Source of the DNA: Eledone cirrhosa
Lineage: Eukaryota
Assembly (NCBI GenBank): GCA_964016885.1
Contig: OZ024757.1
Location: 35,650,001 to 35,714,000 of the forward strand
Reading direction: 5' to 3'
Length of the DNA stretch: 64,000 nt
The translations under genes and the position numbers were made by a program. The notes beneath the pieces were generated by a model. It made no database searches. It had not been told where the DNA came from and worked only from the letters and a program-made list of their open reading frames with translations. This document shows positions 42,501 to 53,773 of the stretch, piece by piece (positions within the stretch are counted from its first letter, which is position 1; each line of letters starts with the position of its first letter).

Positions 42501-45500
42501 CATCTCGCTCTCTCTCTCTCATTTCATCTCGCTCTCTCTCTCTCGTTTCATCTCGCTCTCTCTGTCTCGTTTCATTTCGCTCTCTCTCTCTCTCATTTCA
42601 TCTCGCTCTCTCTGTCTCGTTTCATCCCGCTCTCTCTGTCTCCTTTCATCTCGCTCTCTCTCTCTCATTTCATCTCGCTCTCTCTCTCTCATTTCATCTC
42701 GCTCTCTCTCTCTCGTTTCATCTCGCTCTCACTCTCTCATTTCATCTCGCTCTCTCTCTCGTTTGATCTCGCTCTCACTCTCTCTTCCTCTCTCTCTCTT
42801 GTTTCAACACTCTAATCCCTCACTTGTTTCATCTCTCTCTTATCCCTCACTTGTTTCATCTCTCTCAGAATTATTAGCCACAGGGGCAGAGATGTCCATA
42901 ACATTACATGTCAGAATTATTAGCCACAGGGGCAGAGATGTCCATAACATTACATGACAGATTTATTAGCCACAGGGGCAGAGATGTCCATAACATTACA
43001 TGACGAATTTATTAGCCACAGGGGCAGAGATGTCCATAACATTACATGACAGAATTATTAGCCACAGGGGCAGAGATGTCCATAACATTACATGACATAA
43101 TTATTAGCCACAGGGGCAGAGATGTCCATAACATTACATGACAGAATTATTAGCCACAGGGGCAGATATGTCCATAACATTACATGACAATTATTAGCCC
43201 CAAGGGCAGATATGTCCATAACATTACATGACAGACTTACATCTCACGCTCTCTCTCTCTCGTTTCATCTCGCTCTCTCTCTCTCTCTCTCGTTTCATCA
43301 CGCGTTCTCTCTCTTCCTCTCTCTCGTTTCATCTCTCTCTCTCTCTCTTCCTCTCTCTCGTTTCATCTCTCTCTCTCTCTCTCTCTCGTTTCATCTCTGT
43401 CTTCCTCTCTCTCGTTCCATCTCTCTCTTCCTGTCTCTCGTTCCATCTCTCTCTTCCTCTCTCTCGTTTCATCTCTATCTCCCTCGTTTCATCTGTCTCT
43501 CTCTCTGTCGTTTCATCTCCCTCTATCTCTCTCTCGCTCTCTCGTTTCATCTCTCTCTCCCTCTCGTTTCATCTGGCTCTCTCTCTCCTGTTTCATCTCG
43601 CTCTCTACTCTCGTTTCCTCTCTCTCGTTTCCTCTCTCTCGTTTCCTCTCTCTCTCGTTTCCTCTCTCTCTCGTTTCATCTGGCTCTCACTCTCTCGTTT
43701 CATCTCGCTCTCACTCTCTCATTTCATCTCGCTCTCTCTCTCTCATTTCATCTCGCTCTCTCTCTCTCGTTTCATCTCGCTCTCACTCTCTCATTTCATC
43801 TCGCTCTCTCTCTCTCGTTTGATCTCGCTCTCACTCTCTCTTCCTCTCTCTCTCTTGTTTCAACACTCTAATCCCTCACTTGTTTCATCTCTCTCAGATT
43901 TATTAGCCACAGGGGCAGAGATGTCCATAACATTACATGACGAATTTATTAGCCACAGGGGCAGAGATGTCCATAACATTACATGACAGAATTATTAGCC
44001 ACAGGGGCAGAGATGTCCATAACATTACATGACATAATTATTAGCCACAGGGGCAGAGATGTCCATAACATTACATGACAGAATTATTAGCCACAGGGGC
44101 AGAGATGTACATAACATTACATGACAGTTATTAGCCCCAAGGGCAGATATGTCCATAATATTACATGACAATTATTAGCCCCAAGGGCAGATATGTCCAT
44201 AACATTACATGACAGACTTTCATCTCGCGCTCTCTCTCTCTCTCGTTTCATCTCGCCCTCTCTCTCTTCCTCTCTCTCGTTTCATCTCGCTCTCTCTCTC
44301 GTTTCATCTCGCGCTCTCTCTTTTCCTCTCTCTCGTTTCATCTCGCTCTCTCTCTCTCTCGTTTCATCTTTGTCTTCCTCTCTCTCGTTCCATTTCTCTC
44401 TTCCTCTCTCTCTCGTTCCATCTCTCTCTCGTTTCATCTCGCTCTCTCGTTTCATCTCTATCTCCCTCGTTTCATCTGTCTCTCTCTCTGTCATTTCATC
44501 TCCCTCTATCTCTCTCTCGCTCTCTCGTTTCATCTCTCCCTCCCTCTCGTTTCATCTCGCTCTCTCACTCCTGTTTCATCTCGCTCTCTCTCTCCTGTTT
44601 CATCTCGCTCTCTACTCTCGTTCCATCTCTCTCTCGTTTCATCTAGCTCACACTCTCTCGTTTCATCTCGCTCTCTCTGTCTCGTTCCATCTCGCTCTCA
44701 CTCTCTCGTTTCATCTCGCTCTCTCTGTCTCTCATTTCATCTCGATCTCTCTGTCTCGTTATATCCCGCTCTTTCTGTCTCTTTTCATCTCGCTCTCTCT
44801 CTCTTATTTCATCTCGCTCTCTCTCGTTTCATCTCACTCTCACTCTCTCATTTCATCTCGCGCTCTCTCTCTCTCGTTTCATCTCGCGCTCTCTCGTTTC
44901 ATCTCGCTCTCGCTCTCTCTCTCTCTCTTGTTTCATCTCGCGCTCTCTCTCTTCTTCTCTCTCGTTTCATCTCGCTCTCTCTCTCTCTCGTTTCAACTTT
45001 GTCTTCCTCTCTCTCGTTCCATCTCTCTCTTCCTCTCTCTCTCGTTCCATCTCTCTCTCGTTTCATCTAGCTCTCACTCTCTCGTTTCATCTCGCTCTCT
45101 CTGTCTCGTTCCATCTCGCTCTCTCTCTCTCGTTTCATCTCTATCTCCCTCGTTTCATCTGTCTCTCTCTCTGTCATTTCATCTCCCTCTATCTCTCTCT
45201 CACTCTCCCGTTTCATCTCTACCTCCCTCTCGTTTCATCTCGCTCTCTCACTCCTGTTTCATCTCGCTCTCTCTCTCCTGTTTAATCTCGCTCTCTACTC
45301 TCATTCCATCTCTCTCTCGTTTCATCTAGCTCTCACTCTCTCGTTTCATCTCGCTCTCTCTGTCTCTCATTTCATCTCGATCTCTCTGTCTCGTTTCATC
45401 CCGCTCTCTCTCTCTCGTTTCATCTCACTCTCACTCTCTCATTTCATCTCGCTCTCTCTCTCTCATTTCATCTCGCGCTCTCTCTCTTCCTCTCTCTCTT

Positions 45501-45874
45501 TTCATCTCGCTCTCTCTCTCTCTCTCGTTTCATCACGCGTTCTCTCTCTTCCTCTCTCTCGTTTCATCTCTCTCTCTCGTTTCATCTCTATCTCCCTCGT
45601 TTCATCTGTCTCTCTCTCTGTCGTTTCATCTCCCTCTATCTCTCTCTCGCTCTCTCGTTTCATCTCTCTCTCCCTCTCGTTTCAACTCGCTCTCTCTCTC
45701 CTGTTTCATCTCGCTCTCTCTCTCTCCTGTTTCATCTCGCTCTCTACTCTCGTTTCCTCTCTCTCGTTTCCTCTCTCTCTCGTTTCCTCTCTCTCTCGTT
45801 TCATTTAGCTCTCACTCTCTCGTTTCATCTCGCTCTCTCTCTCTCATTTCATCTCGCTCTCTCTCTCTCGTTTC
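36544..45874 (-). repeat. Compound satellite, inverted (CT) orientation
   Basis: Reverse complement of the 46-mer (TTATTAGCCACAGGGGCAGAGATGTCCATAACATTACATG) and GTTTCATCTC(TC)n blocks. Confidence 0.97.
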
Positions 45875-46722
45875 CATAGAAAAGGTAAAGAAAAGAAGAA
45901 TGCTCTATGTATTGTACAGAGCTATTTAATTACATAATAAACAACAGAATATAATTATTCCATGCAAATAGACTTAGAATGGAAAACATTCAGACAGAGA
46001 AGAATGGATAATGAGCGTCGTAAGAGAAATTGGCCAACAATTAATATTAATGGAAATGTAGAAGAATTTCATATTAGTGATATGAATGTTTCGTGTGATC
46101 ACTGTGGAGCTTTGAAATTTAGAAATGAAAATTGTAACTGTTGTAATAAAGGAAAGGTTGTGTTGCCACCATTGCAAATATACCCTGAGAGACTGAGAAA
46201 TCTCTTTGAAAGAGGCCAGGAAGCAGTTGATTTCACAGAAACATCTGCAATTAAAACTACATTTATTTCACTTCATTTGGTGTTACCACCCGGCAGAGGC
46301 CCGTATAGCTTTCATATTCAGAGTCAAACATATCACTACACCCCCATCTCTGTAACCTGCAGAAAATACACCACAATATGGCCAGTTATATATTATTGAT
46401 GGGAACGAAGGTATGTAGCACAGATTGGAAGTACAACCAAATAATTGTTTCTGGCACAAGGCCAGCAATTACTGGTACTTTATTCTATCGACCTCATAAG
46501 GATGAAAACAAAGTCAACCTTGGAGGGATTTGAACCCAGAACGTAAATGGCCATAACCCTATGCTGTAAAGCATGGTGTCTGGCGCTCTACCGATACTGC
46601 CAATCCACTGCCCTAGTACCAACAAATAATGACTGCTCACGACAAAAAATGGCTATGATAAGAGAAGTGTTGCATGAATGTAATCCATATGTCGAAGTGT
46701 ACAATACAATGCATGGCATCAC
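45871..46722 (+). mobile_element. Helitron RepHel 5' fragment, copy 3 (inverted relative to copy 2)
   Basis: ORF 45962-46399 is almost identical to 28921-29358(-). It continues to MAMIREVLHECNPYV and is truncated at a (TA)n run. Confidence 0.93.
46446..46614 (-). mobile_element. tRNA-derived SINE nested in Helitron copy 3
   Basis: Same insertion site as in copies 1 and 2. TSD AGTACAACCAAATAAT (46430-46445) and AGTACCAACAAATAAT (46615-46630), 14/16 identical. Confidence 0.9.
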
Positions 46723-47283
46723 AAATGAATATATATATATATATATATATATATACTACTAAAGTGTATGTAAAATTTTAAAATAAATACTTAAATTCAA
46801 TTTGTATAATTACACATACAATATGTTTTGTTGTAAAACCCTAAATAATGATTTAAGAAATGATGTCAATCTCTTTGTACAGAGAAAAACAATTTATATA
46901 TATGCATTGTGTGCGCGTGTATACTCCATTTAAGACAGTGAAAAACCTAGTACCTCCTTCAAAGAATGCCAAATAGTTTATGCCTAAGGTGTAACACTAA
47001 TTAAGTTACCGGTGTAGATATTTCAGTTGAACCCTGCTTCAAACATGCATATTACTATTATATATTTTCAAACACACTTACATACGTTATATTTATACAC
47101 ATAGAAATAATAAGTTAAAACTAAAGTATAATGATATAACAACAGTATATAATAGTTTTCTTCACTTTATTGAGATGCAATCGTTTTAAAGAAAAAACAT
47201 GACAGTATAAGAAATATTTAATATGAGAACATAATATTTCAGGTAGGATGGTGGTTTCTCTATGATGGTGGTTTCTCTTTGAA

Positions 47284-47457
47284 CTAATAATTGTTTCTAT
47301 TTTAGGCACAAGGTCAGTAATTAACCAGTACATTACTGGTACTTTATTTTATCGACCCCGTAAGGATGAAAGGCAAAGTTGACCTCGGATCGTAAAGGGA
47401 CGTAACTATGCTGGAAAGCATGGCGTCAGACCCTCTACCGATACTGCCAATTCACCA
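47284..47457 (-). mobile_element. Independent copy of the same tRNA-derived SINE family
   Basis: GGCACAAGG..CTGGTACTTTATTTTATCGACCCCGTAAGGATGAAAGGCAAAGTTGACCTCGG..CTCTACCGATACTGCCAATTCACC. Confidence 0.85.
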
Positions 47458-47649
47458 TACAGTATAATTATACAAATATGCATATAGATAGCAATATATA
47501 TACACTAATATGTATGTACATATTTACACATATGTACATATATATAGGGAGAGAGGGAGACACATGTATGTATATATATATACACATGCGTGTATGCATG
47601 TGTGTTTATGTACATTCTTCGGTATATATATCGGTATACACATTGGAGA

Positions 47650-47882
47650 CACAGAGAGAGAGAGTTGAAACGAGAGGTGAGAGAGAGAGTTGAAACGAGG
47701 AGAGAGTTGAAACGAGGAGAGAGTTTAAATAAGAGGGTGAGGGGAGAGAGGAAGAGAGAGAGAGGGGATGAGAGAGAGGAAGAGAGAGAGAGAGGGGAAG
47801 AGAGAGAGAGGGAGAGAAGGGGATGAAACAAGAGGGTGAGGGATGAAACAACAGAGAGAGGGGAGAGAAAGAGAGAGGGGAT

Positions 47883-47930
<48 letters not shown>

Positions 47931-50900
47931 ATTGAAACAAGAGAGAGATGAAACAAGTGAGGGATTAGAGAGAGATGAAACAAGTGAGGGATTGGAGTGT
48001 TGAAACAAGAGAGAGAGAGCGAGATGAAATGAGAGAAAGAGAGTGAGATGAAATGAGAGAGTGAGAGCGAGATGAAACGAGACAGGGAGAGCGAGATGAA
48101 ATGAGAGAGTGAGAGCGAGATGAAACGAGAGAGTGAGAGCGAGATGAAACGAGAGAGAGAGAGAGCGAGATGACACGAGACAGAGAGAGCGAGATGAAAT
48201 GAGAGAGAGAGAGAATGAGATGAAATGAGAGAGAGAGAGAGCGAGATGAAATGAGACATAGAGAGATGAAACGAGAGAGAGATGAAACGAGAAAGAGAGG
48301 AAACGAGAGAGTGGAAACAAGAGTAGAGAGCGAGATGAAACAGGAGTGAGAGAGCGAGATGAAACAGGAGAGAGAGAGCGAGATGAAACGAGAGGGAGAG
48401 AAAGATGAAACGAGAGAGCGAGAGAGAGATAGAGGGAAATGAAACGACAGAGAGAGAGACAGATGAAACGAGGGATATAGAGATGAAACGAGAGAGAGAG
48501 ATGAAACGAGAGAGAGGAAGAGAGAGATAGAACGAGAGAGAGGAAGAGAGAGATGAAACGAGAGAGAGGAAGACAGAGGTGAAACGAGAGAGAGAGCGAG
48601 ATGAAACGAGAGAGAGGAAGAGAGAGAGCGCGAGATGAAACTCTGTCATGGACATATCTGCCCCTGGGGCTAATAATTGTCATGTAATGTTATGGACATC
48701 TCTGCCCCTGTGGCTAATAATTCTGTCATGTAATGTTATGGACAACTCTGCTCCTGTGGCTAATAATTCTGTCATGTAATGTTATGGACATCTCTGCCCC
48801 TGTGGCTAATAATTCTGACATGTAATGTTATGGAATCTCTGCCCCTGTGGCTAATAAATCTGTCATGTAATGTTACGGACATCTCTGCCCCTGTGGCTAA
48901 TAATTCTGACATGTAATGTTATGGACATCTCTGCCCCTGTGGCTAATAATTCTGAGAGAGATGAAACAAGTGAGGGATTAGAGAGAGATGAAACAAGTGA
49001 GGGATTAGAGTGTTGAAACAAGAGAGAGAGAGGAAGAGAGAGTGAGAGCGAAATCAAACGAGAGAGAGCGAGATGAAATGAGAGAGTGAGAGCGAGATGA
49101 AACGAGAGAGAGAGAGAGAGCGAGATGAAATGAGAGAGAGAGAGCGAGATGAAATGAGAGAGAGAGAGCGAGATGAAACGAGACAGAATGAGCGGGATGA
49201 AACGAGACAGAGAGAGCGAGAGCGAGATGAAACGAGACAGAGAGAGTGAGATGAAACGAGAGAGAGAGAGCGAGATGAAATGAGAGAGAGAGAGCGAGAT
49301 GAAATGAGAGAGAGAGAGCGAGATGAAACGAGAGAGTGAGAGCGAGATGGAACGAGACAGAGAGAGCGAGATGAAACGAGAGTGGGAGAGCTAGATGAAA
49401 CGAGAGAGAGAGGAAACGAGAGAGAGAGAGGAAACGAGAGAGACGAAACGAGAGAGAGGAAACGAGAGTAGAGAGCGAGATGAAACAGGAGAGAGAGAGC
49501 GAGATGAAACAGGAGAGAGAGAGCGAGATGAAACAGGAGAGAGATAGCGAGATGAAACGAGAGGGAGAGAGAGATGAAACGAGAGAGCGAGAGAGAGATA
49601 GAGGGAGATGAAACGACAGACAGAGAGACAGATGAAACGAGGGAGATAGAGATGAAACGAGAGAGAGGAAGAGAGAGATGGAACGAGAGAGAGGAAGAGA
49701 GAGATGGAACGAGAGAGAGAGAGATCGAGATGAAACGAGAGAGAGGAAGAGAGAGAGCGCAAGATGAAACGAGAGAGAGAGAGAGAGAGCGAGATGAAAC
49801 GAGAGAGAGGAAGAGAGAGAGCGCGAGATGAAACGAGAGAGAGGAAGAGAGAGAGCGCGAGATGAAACGAGAGAGTGAGAGCGAGATGAAATGAGGGAGA
49901 GAGAGAACGAGATGAAATGAGAGAGAGAGAGAGCGAGATGAAATGAGACATAGAGAGATGAAACGAGAGAGAGATGAAACGAGAAAGAGAGGAAACGAGA
50001 GAGTGGAAACAAGAGTAGAGAGCGAGATGAAACAGGAGTGAGAGAGCGAGATGAAACAGGAGAGAGAGAGCGAGATGAAACGAGAGGGAGCGAGAGATGA
50101 AACGAGAGAGCGAGAGAGAGATAGAGGGAAATGAAACGACAGAGAGAGAGACAGATGAAACGAGGGATATAGAGATGAAACGAGAGAGAGATATGAAACG
50201 AGAGAGAGGAAGAGAGAGATAGAACGAGAGAGAGGAAGAGAGAGATGAAACGAGAGAGAGGAAGACAGAGGTGAAACGAGAGAGAGAGAGAGCGAGATGA
50301 AACGAGAGAGAGAGCGAGATGAAACGAGAGAGAGGAAGAGAGAGAGCGCGAGATGAAACTCTGTCATGGACATCTCTGCCCCTGTGGCTAATAATTCTGT
50401 CATGTAATGTTATGGACAACTCTGCCCCTGTGGCTAATAATTCTGTCATGTAATGTTATGGACATCTCTGCCCCTGTGGCTAATAATTCTGACATGTAAT
50501 GTTATGTAATCTCTGCCCCTGTGGCTAATAAATCTGTCATGTAATGTTTCGGACATCTCTGCCCCTGTGGCTAATAAATCTGTCATGTAATGTTATGGAC
50601 ATCTCTGTCCCTGTGGCTAATAATTCTGACATGTAATGTTATGGACATCTCTGCCCCTGTGGCTAATAATTCTGAGAGAGATGAAACAAGTGAGGGATTA
50701 GAGAGAGATGAAACAAGTGAGGGATTAGAGTGTTGAAACAAGAGAGAGAGAGGAAGAGTGAGTGAGAGCGAAATCAAACGAGAGAGAGCGAGATGAAATG
50801 AGAGAGTGAGAGCGAGATGAAACGAGAGAGAGAGAGCGAGATGAAATGAGAGAGAGAGAGCGAGATGAAACGAGACAGAGAGAGCGGGATGAAACGAGAC

Positions 50901-53766
50901 AGAGAGAGCGAGAGCGAGATGAAACGAGACAGAGAGAGCGAGATGAAACGAGAGAGAGAGAGCGAGATGAAATGAGAGAGAGAGAGCGAGATGAAATGAG
51001 AGAGAGAAAGCGAGATGAAACGAGAGAGTGAGAGCGAGATGGAACGAGACAGAGAGAGCGAGATGAAACGAGAGTGGGAGAGCTAGATGAAACGAGAGAG
51101 AGAGGAAACGAGAGAGAGAGGAAACGTGAGAGACGAAACGAGAGAGAGGAAACGAGAGTAGAGAGCGAGATGAAACAGGAGAGAGAGAGCGGGATGAAAC
51201 AGGAGAGAGAGAGCGAGATGAAACGAGAGGGAGAGAGAGATGAAACGAGAGAGCGAGAGAGAGATAGAGGGAGATGAAACGACAGAGAGAGAGACAGATG
51301 AAACAAGGGAGATAGAGATGAAACGAGAGAGAGAGATGAAACGAGAGAGAGGAAGAGAGAGATGGAACGAGAGAGAGGAAGAGAGAGATGGAACGAGAGA
51401 GAGGAAGACAGAGATGAAACGAGAGAGAGAGAGAGCAAGATGAAACGAGAGAGAGAGATGAAACGAGAGAGAGGAAGAGAGAGATGGAACGAGAGAGAGG
51501 AAGACAGAGATGAAACGAGAGAGAGAGAGATTGAGATGAAACGAGAGAGAGGAAGAGAGAGAGCGCAAGATGAAACGAGAGAGAGAGAGAGCGAGATGAA
51601 ACGAGAGAGAGGAAGAGAGAGAGCGCGAGATGAAACGAGAGAGAGGAAGAGAGAGAGCGCAAGATGAAACGAGAGAGAGAGAGAGCGAGATGAAACGAGA
51701 GAGGGGAAGAGAGAGAGCGCGAGATGAAACGAGAGAGAGGAAGAGAGAGAGCGCGAGATGAAACGAGAGAGAGAGAGCGAGATGAAATGAGAGAGTGAGA
51801 GTGAGATGAAACGAGAGAGAGAGAGAGAGCGAGATGAAATGAGAGAGTGAGAGCGAGATGAAATGAGAGAGAGAGAGCGAGATGAAACGAGACAGAGAGA
51901 GCGGGATGAAACGAGACAGAGAGATCGAGATGAAATGAGAGAGAGAGAGCAAGACGAAATGAGAGAGAGAGAGCGAGATGAAACGAGAGAGTGAGAGCGA
52001 GATGGAACGAGTCAGAGAGAGCGAGATGAAACGAGAGAGTGAGAGCTAGATGAAACGAGAGAGAGAGGAAACGAGAGAGAGAGGAAACGAGAGAGAGGAA
52101 ACGAGAGAGAGGAAACGAGAGTAGAGAGCAAGATGAAACAGGAGAGAGAGAGAGCGAGATGAAACCGGAGAGAGAGAGCGAGATGAAACGAGAGGGAGGG
52201 AGAGATGAAACGAGAGAGCGAGAGAGAGATAGAGGGAGATGAAACGAGAGAGTGATAGCTAGATGAAACGAGAGTGAGAGGAATAGAGAGATGGAACGAG
52301 AGAGAGGAAGACAGATATGAAACGAGAGAGAGAGAGAGCGAGATGAAACGAGAGAGAGGAAGAGAGAGAGCGCGAGATGAAATGAGAGAGAGAGAGAGCG
52401 AGATGAAACGAGAGAGAGGAAGAGAGAGAGCGCGAGATGAAAAGAGAGAGAGAGAGAGCGAGATGAAAAGAGAGAGAGGAAGAGAGAGAGCGCGAGATGA
52501 AACGAGAGAGAGAGAGCGAGATGAAATGAGAGAGTGAGGGTGAGATGAAACGAGAGAGAGAGAGATAGCGAGATGAAATGAGAGAGAGAGAGCGAGATGA
52601 AATGAGAGAGAGAGAGAGCGAGATGAAACGAGACAGAGAAAGCGGGATGAAACGAGACAGAGAGATCGAGAGGAAATGAGAGACAGAGAGAGCGAGATGA
52701 AACGAGAGAGTGAGAGCGAGATGGAACGAGACAGAGAGAGCAAGATGAAACGAGAGAGTGAGGAAACGAGAGAGAGAAGAAACGAGAGAGAGGAAACGAG
52801 AGAGAGGAAACGAGAGTAGAGAGCGAGATGAAACAGGAGAGAGAGAGAGCGAGATAAAACAGGAGAGAGAGAGCGAGATGAAACGAGAGGGAGGGAGAGA
52901 TGAAACGAGAGAGCGAGAGAGAGATAGAGGGAGATGAAACGACAGAGAGAGAGACAGATGAAACGAGGGAGATAGATATGAAACGAGAGAGCGAGATGAA
53001 ACGAGAGAGTGAGAGCGAGATGGAACGAGACAGAGAGAGGGAGATGAAACGAGACAGAGAGAGCGAGATGTAATGAGAGAGAGAGTGGGATGGAACGAGA
53101 CAGAGAGGAAACGAGAAAGAGAGGAAACGAGAGAGAGAGGAAACGAGAGAGAGGAAACGAGAGTAGAGAGCGAGATGAAACAGGAGAGAGAGAGCGAGAT
53201 GAAACAGGAGAGAGAGAGCGAGATGAAACGAGAGGGAGGGAGAGATGAAACGAGAGAGGGAGAGAGAGATAGAGGGAGATGAAACGACAGAGAGAGAGAC
53301 AGATGAAACGAGGGAGATAGAGATGAAACGAGAGAGGAAGAGAGAGATGGAACGAGAGAGAGGAAGAGAGAGATGAAACGAGAGAGAGGAAGACAGAGAT
53401 GAATAGAGAGAGAGAGAGAGAGCGAGATGAAACGAGAGAGAGGAAGAGAGAGAGCGCGAGATGAAACGAGAGAGAGAGAGCGCGAGATGAAACTCTGTCA
53501 TGTAATGTTATGGACATATCTGCCCTTGGGGCTAATAATTGTCATGTAATGTTATGGACGTCTCTGCCCCTGTGGCTAATAATTCTGTCATGTAATGTTA
53601 TGGACATCTCTGCCCCTATGGCTAATAATTATGTCATGTAATGTTATGGACATCTCCGCCCCTGTGGCTAATAATTCTGACATGTAATGTTATGGACATC
53701 TCTGCCCCTCTGGCTAATAATTCTGACATGTAATGTTATGGACATCTCTGCCCCTGTGGCTAATAA
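47650..53766 (+). repeat. Compound satellite, GA orientation (second palindrome, left arm)
   Basis: Same 46-mer and GA blocks. It begins with a degenerate GA-rich edge and a pure (GA)n run at ~47888-47926. Confidence 0.97.
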
Positions 53767-53773
53767 ATCAGAA

